A stretch of DNA of 64,000 nucleotides from an uncultured virus (IMG/VR IMGVR_UViG_2675903202_000003) (IMGVR_UViG_2675903202_000003:22985-86984); one strand, 5' to 3'. Positions 36,716 to 45,812 are shown, counted from the first letter of the stretch. Notes: a model not told the origin generated them from the letters alone. Program-made: numbers and translations.

Positions 36716-37278
36716 CGGGCGGCCCAGATACCGAACTGGTAGTAGCGGCCTGCGGGGCGGGGGTCGACGGCCATGAACACCTCCACGGTGAACCCGGCGG
36801 CGGTGAGCATGTGCTCGACGTCGGTGCGGGCCCAGGACCAGTAGTGCTCAGGGTTGGCGTCGTGGCCCGCGTCGATGGGGGTGGACAGCACCAGCCGGCC
36901 GGTCTTCGCTCGGATCTGCTTCAGGACGGTGTCGGGGTCGTCTAGGTGCTCGAGCGTCTCGGAGCAGATGAACAGGTCCACGTCCGGGATCTGCTCGACC
37001 GTGGCCTCGATGGGGCCGGTGTAGGCGTAGCCGGGTGCGTAGTCGCCCAGGACGAGACCGTCGGCGCCGGTGCCGAGAGAGCGAGCGATCGCGGCGTCAC
37101 CGCACGAGAGGTCCGCGACGGTGTGGACGTCCTCGACGCTGGTGAACCAGCGGCAAGCTTCGATGGTGGCGCCGACGCGGAGGCGGTGGTCGTCCCAGCG
37201 GGTGTGGTCGTGCGGTGCCGCGTAGATGCGGGCGAGCTCGTCCGGCGTGTAGGCGGGGCGGAGGCGTCGGCGGGTCAC
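36712..37278 (-). CDS. Class I SAM-dependent methyltransferase (probably sugar O-methyltransferase)
   Basis: VADLSCGDA motif I, DLFICSETLEHLDDP, LVLSTP, EHYW.W. Confidence 0.85.
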   Translation of the reverse strand: MTRRRLRPAYTPDELARIYAAPHDHTRWDDHRLRVGATIEACRWFTSVEDVHTVADLSCGDAAIARSLGTGADGLVLGDYAPGYAYTGPIEATVEQIPDVDLFICSETLEHLDDPDTVLKQIRAKTGRLVLSTPIDAGHDANPEHYWSWARTDVEHMLTAAGFTVEVFMAVDPRPAGRYYQFGIWAAR

Positions 37279-37967
37279 GCGGCCTGCTCGATCAGCGCGC
37301 GGAGTTTCGCGACGTCGGTGGCGCGCTGGCTCTCATACCAGTGGGCGTACACCTCGCGGTCCTTTTGCGCAGCGGTGTCGCTGTTGACCTCGCGGTACCC
37401 GGCGTCGTAGTTGACTTTCCCGGCGAGGGGGTGCATGTGTTCCACGACCACGTCGGGCAGGTAGCGGATGCGGTCGATGGCGTGCCCGAGGTCCCACCAC
37501 TGGTTGTCCGCCCAGAGGTGCTTCACCAGGGCGGGCACCATGGCGCCGAGTGCCTGGACGATGTCGGACGTCATCGCGATCTGTGTCGGGAGCCGTTCCC
37601 CGGCGAGGAGGTCGTTGCCGTACACGAACCCGGTGCCGAGGGTGCGGAGCGCGGCGAGGTAGTGGGCGCTCCACCCGAGGGTCCGCGGGCGGTGGTCGTC
37701 GCCCATGAAGCCTAGGGCGAAGTGGTGCGGTGCCCGCTCGATTGCCACGGCGTTGAGGGTGGGGACCATGCGGAGTCGCGGCCCGACCGTTAGTTCGATG
37801 CCCCGGTCGCGGCACACGGTCCGGTATTCCGGAAGGGTCGGGTCGTCGTCGTCCGCGGCGACGAGCAGAGCAGCAGCGCCGGTGCTCGTCTCTTCCCACG
37901 CGTCGTGGAGCGCGGCGATGTTCTGGGGTCGGCCGCGGGACGGGACGATGATGAGGAGGTCGCGCAT
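37275..37967 (-). CDS. GT-A glycosyltransferase (GT2-like)
   Basis: IVPSRGRP, DDDDP, FMGDDH.PRT.GW, VYGND, H.WADN, EHMHP. Confidence 0.85.
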   Translation of the reverse strand: MRDLLIIVPSRGRPQNIAALHDAWEETSTGAAALLVAADDDDPTLPEYRTVCRDRGIELTVGPRLRMVPTLNAVAIERAPHHFALGFMGDDHRPRTLGWSAHYLAALRTLGTGFVYGNDLLAGERLPTQIAMTSDIVQALGAMVPALVKHLWADNQWWDLGHAIDRIRYLPDVVVEHMHPLAGKVNYDAGYREVNSDTAAQKDREVYAHWYESQRATDVAKLRALIEQAA

Positions 37968-38251
37968 CAGGTGACCTCCAGCAGCCCGGACCGGATCACC
38001 GGGATCTCGGGGTTGGCGGTGACGCGTACCCAGACTCGGTAGGTGCCGTCCTCCAGCTCAAGCGTTCCGCCAGGGCCGATGAGGAGTTTCGCGGTGGTGC
38101 CGTCCCACTCATCTGCGGGTCGCCAGTCGGCTTCGGCTGGTTCTTCGGTGCTGGCGTTGATCACAGCGATCTCCACAGGTGTGGACACCGACCCGCCCGT
38201 TACGGGGATGTGGAGGTACTCCTTCGAGACCGAGGGGATCGTCAGCACCAC
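37967..38251 (-). CDS. Small Ig-like virion adaptor protein
   Basis: S.EY, P...DW..A.W, LLIGP.G...L..G.Y.VWVRVT..PE.PV..SG.L.V. Confidence 0.7.
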   Translation of the reverse strand: MVLTIPSVSKEYLHIPVTGGSVSTPVEIAVINASTEEPAEADWRPADEWDGTTAKLLIGPGGTLELEDGTYRVWVRVTANPEIPVIRSGLLEVT

Positions 38252-38258
38252 TCCCCCT

Positions 38259-39842
38259 TCACTTCCAGAGCGTCCCCGTGGCCCAACCTTGCGTGGGTGC
38301 CCCAGTACCCCACGTGGATGGCGCCACGGTGGCGGACCACCCGCGGGTGGGAACGCCGACGGTGACGGTGATGTCCTGCCCGGTGCCGGTCGTCACCAGA
38401 GGGGCCGGGAACGACGCTGCCGCCCCGATCGAGGCAGGGCGAGCCGTCAGGGCCGTGGCGAGTGCCGGGGCGGGGAGCACCGCAGTTGCGGTGACCGCAG
38501 CGGGTTGCACGGTCGTGTGTTCCGCCGCCGACGGGGCCGGGACGGTTGATGCAGCGGAGAGGAGGGCTGGTACTGCCGCCGCGCTGGTGGACAGTGCCGG
38601 GGCCGGAACCGCGACAGCAGCAGCAACGACCGTCGGGGACACTCCGCTGCCAGCCGAGTTCCCTGCCGCGGGGAAGGCTGCTTCGGCCTGGACGGCGGCG
38701 GGCGTCGCCGATGCGCCCGCGGTCAAGGTGGGTGCTGGCACGACGGCTTGGGCTGCCACGCTGCCCGGCGAAGCGCTGCTCGAAGCGGCCGGCGCGGCGG
38801 TCGGGATCAGAGCCGAGGCGGTGAGGACCGTCGGCTCCGCGGTCGTATTGCCGTCAGCTGCCACCGACGGAGTCGGCATGGACGAGGCGACAGTCACCGT
38901 CGCGGGGGAAGCGGTCGACGAAGCGGACGCGATCGGTTCCGGAACCGCTGCCGACGTCGTCACCACTGCCGGGGCCACGTCCGCTGAGCCCGTCACCGAG
39001 ACTGCCGGGGCGGGAACCGTCGCGGCGCCAGCGACAGGAACGGGCAAAGCCGTGCTGCCTGCGGACAGGACCGGGGAGGGCATGGACGACGCCGCGTGCA
39101 CGGTGCCGGGCGACGTGTTCGAGCCCGCCCCCACGACGGGTGCGGGGACCGTGCCGACCGCGGCGAGGGGCGACGGTGTGGCCGTGGCGTCTCCGCCTGT
39201 GGCTTGCGGCGGCTGGACAGCGATGGTGAACACGACCGCGTTGCGGGAGCCGGCCAGCGTCACCGTGAGGGTGCCTGTCGCCCCCGTGGTCGTCTGTGCG
39301 CCGGTCGCGAGCGCGGATGTGCTGTCGGTGCCGCCGTTCGACTGGACCTCGACGCGTTTCGTCAGCGTCGCCGGGTTCGAGGCCGTGAACGTGCTCGCTC
39401 CGGTGTTGTCTCCGATCCCGACGCCACCGATGATCAGGCATTCGGTGACCTCGGTGGTGACGCCGCTGTCGGTCGGGGCGCTGCTGTCCGGCGTTGCCGT
39501 CGCGTGCGCCTTGTGCGTCGGGGTGGTCGTGTCCGCGCCGCTGATCGCGATCATGGACCCGGCGCAGGAGTCGGTGAAGCCGTCCCACGTGTACGAAGCG
39601 GGTTCGGTTCCGGCGTTGGCGACGACGTGTTCGTAGACGCCGGCCCAGCCGGTGCCGATGACCGCGCCGATCGTCAGCGCCCACCCGGTAGGGACGGTGC
39701 TTGGCGGGGTGGTGGCGGATCCGTTGACGACGAGTGCGTACAGGACGTCGCCGTTCACGAGCCCAGATGGGCGGCCGACTGTGGTGAACGTGGTCGAGTT
39801 GGTCGGGCCGATACCCGACGACCGGTAGGCGGGCGCGGCCAC
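38259..39842 (-). CDS. Fibre-like virion protein: N-terminal beta-sandwich plus about 12 Ala/Ser/Thr/Pro-rich ~22-aa repeats
   Basis: N-domain resembles that of the 9445-10508 tail protein; repeats of the form A.PA.V.A.A.(V/M/F)PAP.(V/L). Confidence 0.75.
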   Translation of the reverse strand: MAAPAYRSSGIGPTNSTTFTTVGRPSGLVNGDVLYALVVNGSATTPPSTVPTGWALTIGAVIGTGWAGVYEHVVANAGTEPASYTWDGFTDSCAGSMIAISGADTTTPTHKAHATATPDSSAPTDSGVTTEVTECLIIGGVGIGDNTGASTFTASNPATLTKRVEVQSNGGTDSTSALATGAQTTTGATGTLTVTLAGSRNAVVFTIAVQPPQATGGDATATPSPLAAVGTVPAPVVGAGSNTSPGTVHAASSMPSPVLSAGSTALPVPVAGAATVPAPAVSVTGSADVAPAVVTTSAAVPEPIASASSTASPATVTVASSMPTPSVAADGNTTAEPTVLTASALIPTAAPAASSSASPGSVAAQAVVPAPTLTAGASATPAAVQAEAAFPAAGNSAGSGVSPTVVAAAVAVPAPALSTSAAAVPALLSAASTVPAPSAAEHTTVQPAAVTATAVLPAPALATALTARPASIGAAASFPAPLVTTGTGQDITVTVGVPTRGWSATVAPSTWGTGAPTQGWATGTLWK

Positions 39843-39848
39843 CGGAGC

Positions 39849-40235
39849 CTACTCCCGCAGCTGCAGTTGGATCTCGCCGCCCGCGAGCAGCGAACCCTCA
39901 CCGGACGCGGTCAGGTACTCGTCGCCGTAGTACGGCGAGTCGAAAGCGAACACCAGGCCGAGCGCCGACACGTCGAAGTCGGTCAGCGCGTCCGCGGCGG
40001 CGGTCAGCGGGCCGTAGACGACGTTGCCGAGCCCGGTGGGGTCTTCCCAGTCGGCCGGGCGTTCCGGGTCCGTCACGCTGAACTGGCGGATGAGGATGAA
40101 GCCGCCGTCGGTGGGCCAGTTGTTGTCGACGTGGACGGTCGACACCGCGTTGCCGTTGGACGGGTCGTACGTCGCGTTCAGCTCACTCGCGATGATGTCG
40201 GAGTTGTGGGAGTAGTACGTGAACGTCAGCGCCAT
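39849..40235 (-). CDS. Hypothetical acidic (probably virion) protein
   Basis: GAGGGGAG RBS; in the fibre operon. Confidence 0.65.
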   Translation of the reverse strand: MALTFTYYSHNSDIIASELNATYDPSNGNAVSTVHVDNNWPTDGGFILIRQFSVTDPERPADWEDPTGLGNVVYGPLTAAADALTDFDVSALGLVFAFDSPYYGDEYLTASGEGSLLAGGEIQLQLRE

Positions 40236-40248
40236 GGGTCGTCTCCCC

Positions 40249-40698
40249 TCACGGGACCAGGTCGAGCGTGAACACGCCCGCGGCGTTCCACTGGACGGCC
40301 AGAGTGCCGTTGGAGGTGCTGTAGTCGGCACCGAAGTCCACCAGGCAGATCACGCTGTTGCTGGCGAGGCCGTCGGCGTACAGCAGTGCGCACCGGGCGC
40401 CGGTGATCGTCGACGTGGGCCAGGAGGTGTCGGCCTGGTCGTAGGTGATGACGCCAGACGCGCCCGTCAACGTCGGGGACGCCACTGCGGCGCCGCCCGC
40501 GGTGTAGCCCGCGCCGGACACTTCGTTGGTGTCGTACGGGGCCACGCCGTAGGCGGTGTCGGTGGTGAAGTTCGGGGTGATCAAGTTGGTGAACAGCGCC
40601 CACTTGTTTCCCGTGGAGCTGAGGTCGACGGCGAGCTGGGTCGCGTCGAACACGTCGATGAACGTCGCGACGAACAGGCCGGATCCGGAGACCGCCAT
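40249..40698 (-). CDS. Conserved phage structural protein (fibre/adaptor type)
   Basis: DL....K.AL, NEVSG.GYTAGG, DQAD.SW...TIT.AR..LLY, DFG.D.S.SNGT..VQWNA.G.F. Confidence 0.75.
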   Translation of the reverse strand: MAVSGSGLFVATFIDVFDATQLAVDLSSTGNKWALFTNLITPNFTTDTAYGVAPYDTNEVSGAGYTAGGAAVASPTLTGASGVITYDQADTSWPTSTITGARCALLYADGLASNSVICLVDFGADYSTSNGTLAVQWNAAGVFTLDLVP

Positions 40699-40699
40699 G

Positions 40700-40960
40700 T
40701 CAGCCTGCCTTCCCGACCTTGGGGGCACCGATGGTGACCGAACCGGGCTCGCCGGAGGCGACCATCACGCCGGAGCCGCGGGCCTCCACGCGGGCGGCTC
40801 TGAGGTTCTCGGACGCCTTGGTGTACGCGTTCTTGGTCTCTTCGCTGGGGGCGGCGCGGTAGGCGGCGAGGGCTTCGTCGAGGGCGACTTCCAGGGCGCC
40901 CATGGCCTCGTGTTGGTCGGCGAGGGTCCGCAGTTGCGCGGCCCGTTCTGACGCGTTCAC
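40700..40960 (-). CDS. Hypothetical helical protein
   Basis: GGAGGAG RBS, GTGA overlap. Confidence 0.7.
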   Translation of the reverse strand: MNASERAAQLRTLADQHEAMGALEVALDEALAAYRAAPSEETKNAYTKASENLRAARVEARGSGVMVASGEPGSVTIGAPKVGKAG

Positions 40961-41181
40961 CGCTCCTCCAACGTGGTTGACACCTGCCGCAGGTGCGGCG
41001 CGTTGATCGTGACGTCCTGGCGGTCGCCGGCGCGTTCGGTGACGGTGTTGCCGAGCTCGTCCGTGGTCGCCTTGTAGCGGTCGCCGTTGTCGTCGCGGCC
41101 TTCGTGGACGCGGTCGCCGGAGCGGCGCGTGATCGAGCCGATGGACCGCATCTTCTCGAGCCATGCGGGGTCAGCGGCCAC
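40957..41181 (-). CDS. Hypothetical protein, first gene of the late operon
   Basis: GGAGG RBS; KMRSIG, KATTDELGNTVTER..DRQDVTI. Confidence 0.7.
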   Translation of the reverse strand: MAADPAWLEKMRSIGSITRRSGDRVHEGRDDNGDRYKATTDELGNTVTERAGDRQDVTINAPHLRQVSTTLEER

Positions 41182-41214
41182 AGCAACCTCCGGAACAACG
41201 TGTTGGGCGAGGTG

Positions 41215-41260
41215 GGTGCCTGTCCCGCGGCCACCCCTCAGAGGCCACGGGACAGGCACC
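41215..41260 (-). promoter_or_regulatory. 18-bp hairpin in the late-operon leader
   Basis: GGTGCCTGTCCCGTGGCC-N10-GGCCGCGGGACAGGCACC; fully paired (one G-U) only on the minus strand. Confidence 0.55.
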
Positions 41261-41386
41261 GTGCGCGGTGCGGCGGGGGCCTGGCAACCGCGCAAGGGGG
41301 CGCACCACAGGGGTGGGTGCGCGGCGCACCGGGGCCGTGTCCGATGAGCAACGAGTACAGCCGGGTGCGCGTTCAGGAGCAGCGGG

Positions 41387-41671
41387 TCAGGCCGCTGCGG
41401 AGGTGTCGGGCTCGCGGTGTTGCGTGAGCGGCATGAAGTGGCGGCGAGAGGTGCGCTTCGCCGAGCCGGAGGTACGGATCGCGTTGTCGTAAGCGATCTT
41501 CTCGGCGTGGATGACGTCGCATTGTCGGTACAGAGGCTTGCGGGGCGGGCTCTTGGGGACGGGGGTGAGGTATCCGTTGCGACGCCAGGTGCTGATCGTG
41601 GAGGGGGCGACGTCCAACGCTTCGGCGGCTTGCTTGGTGGTCCAGTACTCTTTGCCGTCCGGCCCGACCAT
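41387..41671 (-). CDS. MerR/excisionase-like HTH protein (probable late regulator)
   Basis: WTTKQAAEALDVAPSTISTWRRNGYL.P......PLY...DV. Confidence 0.8.
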   Translation of the reverse strand: MVGPDGKEYWTTKQAAEALDVAPSTISTWRRNGYLTPVPKSPPRKPLYRQCDVIHAEKIAYDNAIRTSGSAKRTSRRHFMPLTQHREPDTSAAA

Positions 41672-41828
41672 GAAACACCCCCGGACATGCGAAAACCCCC
41701 GGGGCGTGTTCGCTCCGAGGGCAGACGTGTGCTTCCTGTGGATCAGTTTGGACCGCAGGCGCAGTCAACGCAAATTGGGCCGGTCCGAAAGCGTAGGCAA
41801 GGTGTGTGAACTGGCGTAACGTCCCCTC

Positions 41829-42157
41829 ATGGACTCCCGCGAGTCGCCGTACTCACCCTCGGCTTGTACTTCTCGCTGTGCGGGCATGTCCGTAAGCCGA
41901 AGCAGGATCGGCTACGGGACGAAGGGTGGGAGACCTACAAGAAGGGATGGGAGATCAGGTTCCGGCTTCATCCAGCGGACGCTGACTTCGTCCGGTCTCT
42001 GATCTCCCACGCTGGTTACCGCCCTGGACGCCCGTATCTGAAGCGGGCAAGGCTCATTCAGCCGGTCTACGGGGCGGAGGCGGTTCGAGAGATCACCCTG
42101 GCTTCTGGGGATGCTTCTCCCTCAGTCTCCCCGCTTGGGAGTCCGGCTGACCAGTGA
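41829..42157 (+). CDS. Hypothetical protein, opposite strand (start ATG 41829 needs a 1-nt correction; alternatively TTG 41864)
   Basis: G.VR......R..G...YKKGWEIR, AGYRPGRPY.K.....PVYG..AV. Confidence 0.6.
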
Positions 42158-42176
42158 GGCGCGGTCCGCCGCTCCC

Positions 42177-42554
42177 TCAGGACTTCTCTTCCGGGGGCCT
42201 TCCCCACCCGTTCCGAAGCCGCTCAGCCATCTTGAGTGAGTCGCGGCCGGAGACGGCGCCGTAGTGGGCGAGGAGCGCGTCCTGCTCCTTGCGTGTCAGG
42301 CTCTTGTCGGCGACTACGGCTCGCTCGATCGGGCTGGAGAAGTTGAAGTACTGGTCGGCGAGGTTCCGGTAGGGGACGTTAAGCGCTGCGCTGAGTTCCT
42401 TGAAGTAGGAGCCAGGGAAGGCTTTCCCTGTCTCCCAACTCGAGACCATGGCTTGGGATACACCTAAGGTTTGTGCGAGCTCGGTCTGCTTGAGTCCAGC
42501 GTCGAGCCGCAGACTGCGGAGGGTGCGCCCGAAGGACTGAGAGTCTTCTTCCAT
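42177..42554 (-). CDS. XRE-family HTH regulator
   Basis: FGRTLRSLRLDAGLKQTELAQTLGVSQAMVSSWETGK..P. Confidence 0.88.
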   Translation of the reverse strand: MEEDSQSFGRTLRSLRLDAGLKQTELAQTLGVSQAMVSSWETGKAFPGSYFKELSAALNVPYRNLADQYFNFSSPIERAVVADKSLTRKEQDALLAHYGAVSGRDSLKMAERLRNGWGRPPEEKS

Positions 42555-42630
42555 ATCAGCAATATTAGCGATGCCCTGATATCCCCTGGGGTTGGTTCGA
42601 GGAATCCGATGCTCACGGACCGGCCTCTGG

Positions 42631-43320
42631 CTACACCACGTTGCGGAGTTCGCCTGTAGCCTTCTCGATCTCGGCGGCGTACTCGCGAGCCAGGGAGTCA
42701 ACGCGGTTGAGCACCTCACCCAGCGCAGCGCTTCCCTGCAGTCCGGAAGCGAGCGCGGCCTCGCGTGCGACCATGGCGCGGCGGTGGAGTTCCAGGGACG
42801 CTCGAACGAGGTTCTCCGTCTCGGTTCGTTCTTCAGCCACGGCGTCTCCTGTTCTTGCGGCGTCGGGTGTAGTCGACGCGTTCGCTTTGAGGGGCTTGGG
42901 GTTGCCTGCCGGGTTGCAGAAGGGGCAGCCGCGGCGGTGATGCCGGTAGTCGCCACCGTAGACCAGCGGTGCGGTGCTGGCATGGATACTGCGGGCCGCG
43001 CCTTCAAGGGGCACCACAAGCACCTGCGTCATCGGCGCTATCGAGTGGATGGCCTCACGGAACGCCCGGAACGCGTTGTCGCCGATGATGGCCATGCCTG
43101 GAGAGATGCCGACCAGCCGCTGGTCGGTGTCAGTCCATCCGATGTCGGTCCAGGCGTGCTGCGCACCCGGTGGTGTACCGACCGGCGCGATCTGGACTCT
43201 GCCAGCCGGTTCGGGGTTCTCGGGTGCCCACCGCATCGCGTCGGGGGATACGACGTCGTCGTAGTCGCTCCACCCTTCGAGGGCTGCGTCGATGGCGTTG
43301 AGGGTGTCGTCGGGGTTCAC
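42631..43320 (-). CDS. Hypothetical protein
   Basis: GTGA overlap; VSPDAMRWAP, CPFCNP. Confidence 0.65.
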   Translation of the reverse strand: MNPDDTLNAIDAALEGWSDYDDVVSPDAMRWAPENPEPAGRVQIAPVGTPPGAQHAWTDIGWTDTDQRLVGISPGMAIIGDNAFRAFREAIHSIAPMTQVLVVPLEGAARSIHASTAPLVYGGDYRHHRRGCPFCNPAGNPKPLKANASTTPDAARTGDAVAEERTETENLVRASLELHRRAMVAREAALASGLQGSAALGEVLNRVDSLAREYAAEIEKATGELRNVV

Positions 43321-44177
43321 CGTCGGCCTCCGGTTCCTTCTCGCGCGCCAGCGAGGCTGTGGCGTTTGGGGTCGTGGCGGCGTTCCCGGTCGGCTTTGCG
43401 CTGCTGCGCCTCGTCCTCTTCGACCATGAGGCGGTTCAAGCGGCCTCCGAGGTACTGCTCCCGGCAGTTGAGGCACTCAACGTGGTCGGCGAGGCCCGCG
43501 GTGCCGTCGTGGCGGCGGAGGCCGCGTTCGCCGCATTCCCAGCAGGGGGTGATGAGGGGGTGATGCTGGGGCGTGTAGCCGAGCATCTTCAGGGTGCGGT
43601 GGTGGAGGTTGAGGAGTTCGACGCCGGCGTGCTCTGCGCCAAGGTCCACGTTGTACAAGACCCATCCCCCGGACCGGACCCAGCCGCTCACGTCTTCCGG
43701 GAGGTGCTCAATGTGGGCGAGGTCCATGGTGCGGGCCATGGTCTCCGGGTCGAGGGTGAGGAGGACGTCGACGTGCGCCGCGAGCATGCCGCAGGCGACG
43801 GGGATAGCGGCGGCCCGGTTGGCAGCGGTCAGGTCGGTGAGGCGAGCGACGTCGCGGACACGTTCGTCCCAGGACAGGACGATCTCCTCGACGGTGCGAA
43901 GCAGCGCGTCGACGGCGGTGTTGATGGGGATGGGGGCGGTGCGTCCTCCGCCGGACACGCGGGGTCCGTCGCTGCGGCGGCGCTCACCGATCCGGGCCGC
44001 GAGTTCGGCGTAGCGGGCCGGGAGGTCGGTGAGGACGTCAGCGATGCGGTCCCGGTCGACGTCGCAGAACGTGCGGTACGTCTGGGCGGGGATGGTGATG
44101 CGTTCGCCGTCCTCGATGGTGGTGGTGCGGGCGGCGCAGTGGATGCCGCGGGCGCAGTCGTGCATCTCGTCGGACAT
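43317..44177 (-). CDS. Zn-finger putative late-transcription activator/antiterminator
   Basis: C..G..C, FC..D, P.PIN, C-terminal CWEC...C.NC; position just before the late genes. Confidence 0.6.
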   Translation of the reverse strand: MSDEMHDCARGIHCAARTTTIEDGERITIPAQTYRTFCDVDRDRIADVLTDLPARYAELAARIGERRRSDGPRVSGGGRTAPIPINTAVDALLRTVEEIVLSWDERVRDVARLTDLTAANRAAAIPVACGMLAAHVDVLLTLDPETMARTMDLAHIEHLPEDVSGWVRSGGWVLYNVDLGAEHAGVELLNLHHRTLKMLGYTPQHHPLITPCWECGERGLRRHDGTAGLADHVECLNCREQYLGGRLNRLMVEEDEAQQRKADRERRHDPKRHSLAGAREGTGGRR

Positions 44178-44216
44178 ATGGTTCCCCCCTTGATTGCTGG
44201 GCTCGGGGCCCAGGTT

Positions 44217-44393
44217 TCAGCCCTTCACCTCGGCGCGCTTGATGCTCGAGCGCCACGTCGCCACGACCTTCACGACCGTGTGGCCGGGAATCTCGGCACG
44301 CATCGCTTCCTGGACGAGCGCGGCGAGCTCGTCGAGGGTCATGCCGTGCTTGGTGTCGGCGGCTTCGGCCTTCACGGTTTTCTCGGTGGTCAC
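44217..44393 (-). CDS. Small hypothetical protein
   Basis: GTGA overlap; GMTLDEL..LV..A. Confidence 0.65.
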   Translation of the reverse strand: MTTEKTVKAEAADTKHGMTLDELAALVQEAMRAEIPGHTVVKVVATWRSSIKRAEVKG

Positions 44394-45214
44394 GGCGTCG
44401 CCTCCGGCTGGTCGAGGGATGCGCGCCACGCGTCGAGGACCTCGGCAGGCGTTGGGATATCGAAGTTGTTGACGCCGCGCCCGTCGAACGCGGCGAGCGC
44501 TTCACGAGACCGCTGCACGGTGGCCTCGGCCTTCTCGGCGCGCTCAGTAAGGTGCCGCTCCATCTCGCCGTACGTCCGCTCCCCGTCCTCACAGCACGAC
44601 GCGCGGGCACGGGCGAGCGCGGCCTCGACGACGGGCAGCGCCGCGTCGGCAAGCTGCGACCACGAGATGTGGGCAACCGCCCCTGCTGCGGCCGCGCCGG
44701 TCGAGGTCTGGATCATCATGTCGCGCATGGCGTCGGCGAGCTGGTCGCGGACGTTGCCCTGGAGGCCGCAGGTGCAGGTGTCGTCGCACACGGTCGCCCG
44801 GTCGGCGTGCCACCGCCGAATGAGGTCAGCAACCTGCTCGCGGAGCGTGGGCGCCATCTCAGGTGCAGGCTCGCCGTAGGTCCCGGCGTCGACCGCCTCG
44901 CGGGTCAGGTCCCGCAGCAGGCTCCGGCGGGGTGGCTGGCACAGCGCCTCCGCGTCCTCGGCCGTGGCCGGGCGCGGGTCGGTCCACTGCCCGCCGTTCG
45001 CGTCCTGATGGACGGGCCCGTCATGACCAGCGCGCAGGACGCACGGCCCGATGCACGGCAAGGGTTGGCCGGGCCACACGCGCTTGGAAGCACCGCACCA
45101 GGTGCCGGGCTCAGCTGCCTCGGGCTCGGGCTGTGCGTGGTATTCGATGAGTGCCTCACGAACGGGCCTGCCGGTTTGCAATGCCTCCCGCATGGCGTCG
45201 CGTTCGTCGGTCAC
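44390..45214 (-). CDS. Hypothetical mosaic protein
   Basis: C...C.L..GH.G..H.D motif and coiled coil; coupled overlaps. Confidence 0.65.
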   Translation of the reverse strand: MTDERDAMREALQTGRPVREALIEYHAQPEPEAAEPGTWCGASKRVWPGQPLPCIGPCVLRAGHDGPVHQDANGGQWTDPRPATAEDAEALCQPPRRSLLRDLTREAVDAGTYGEPAPEMAPTLREQVADLIRRWHADRATVCDDTCTCGLQGNVRDQLADAMRDMMIQTSTGAAAAGAVAHISWSQLADAALPVVEAALARARASCCEDGERTYGEMERHLTERAEKAEATVQRSREALAAFDGRGVNNFDIPTPAEVLDAWRASLDQPEATP

Positions 45215-45516
45215 GCCGTCACCTCGCCCCGGTAGTCGCCGCCGACCGTGAACCCGGCCCACGCCGCGCCCTCGCGCTTGGCGTGCTCGTCGGCGCGGCC
45301 CTCGTCGCCCACGTACGCGCCGAGCAAGCCCCGGACCGGGCAGACGACGAGTTGGATTTCGGGTTCGTCGGGGATGCTGTTGAGGTCGTAGGCGGAGGCG
45401 TGGTTGATCTCGAACTGGTCGCCGACGGCGGCGAGGATCCGGAGGCGGACCTCATCCGGGGTCAGGTCGGTGGTGCGGACCGTGAGGCTCACGGTGATGT
45501 GGCGGGGCTCGGTCAC
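45211..45516 (-). CDS. Hypothetical protein
   Basis: GAGGAG RBS; coupled overlaps. Confidence 0.6.
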   Translation of the reverse strand: MTEPRHITVSLTVRTTDLTPDEVRLRILAAVGDQFEINHASAYDLNSIPDEPEIQLVVCPVRGLLGAYVGDEGRADEHAKREGAAWAGFTVGGDYRGEVTA

Positions 45517-45812
45517 GGGGTCTCCTCGTTGCCGAGCACGGGCAATTCGACCAGGTGCCACACCAAGCCGTCCGGAGTGCGGGGCGCGGTGCCTCTCCAC
45601 TGCGCGCCGGGCGGCAACGGGTGGCCGGTGCCGACCACCTGGAACGTGTACGGCTGGTCGGGGTACTCGTCGGAGTGCACGGCCCAGAACTCCACCTCGT
45701 CGTTCGTGGCGGCGACGTGCAGCGGCCCGTACCCGGCGTGGGCGAGGGTGAGGTGGATGGTATGGGGCGCGTCGTCGACCGGGACGACGTACCGGTAGAT
45801 GCGCTCGGTCAC
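45513..45812 (-). CDS. Conserved phage hypothetical protein
   Basis: IYRY.VPVD, VEFWA, F.VVGTGHP.P, LVWHL. Confidence 0.75.
   Translation of the reverse strand: MTERIYRYVVPVDDAPHTIHLTLAHAGYGPLHVAATNDEVEFWAVHSDEYPDQPYTFQVVGTGHPLPPGAQWRGTAPRTPDGLVWHLVELPVLGNEETP

Noticed and set aside
43120-43210. Tail-tube-like motif GRVQIAPVGTP...WTDIGW in the 42631-43320 protein
   Set aside because: Too short to support homology; the real tail tube gene is at 20.5-21.2 kb.
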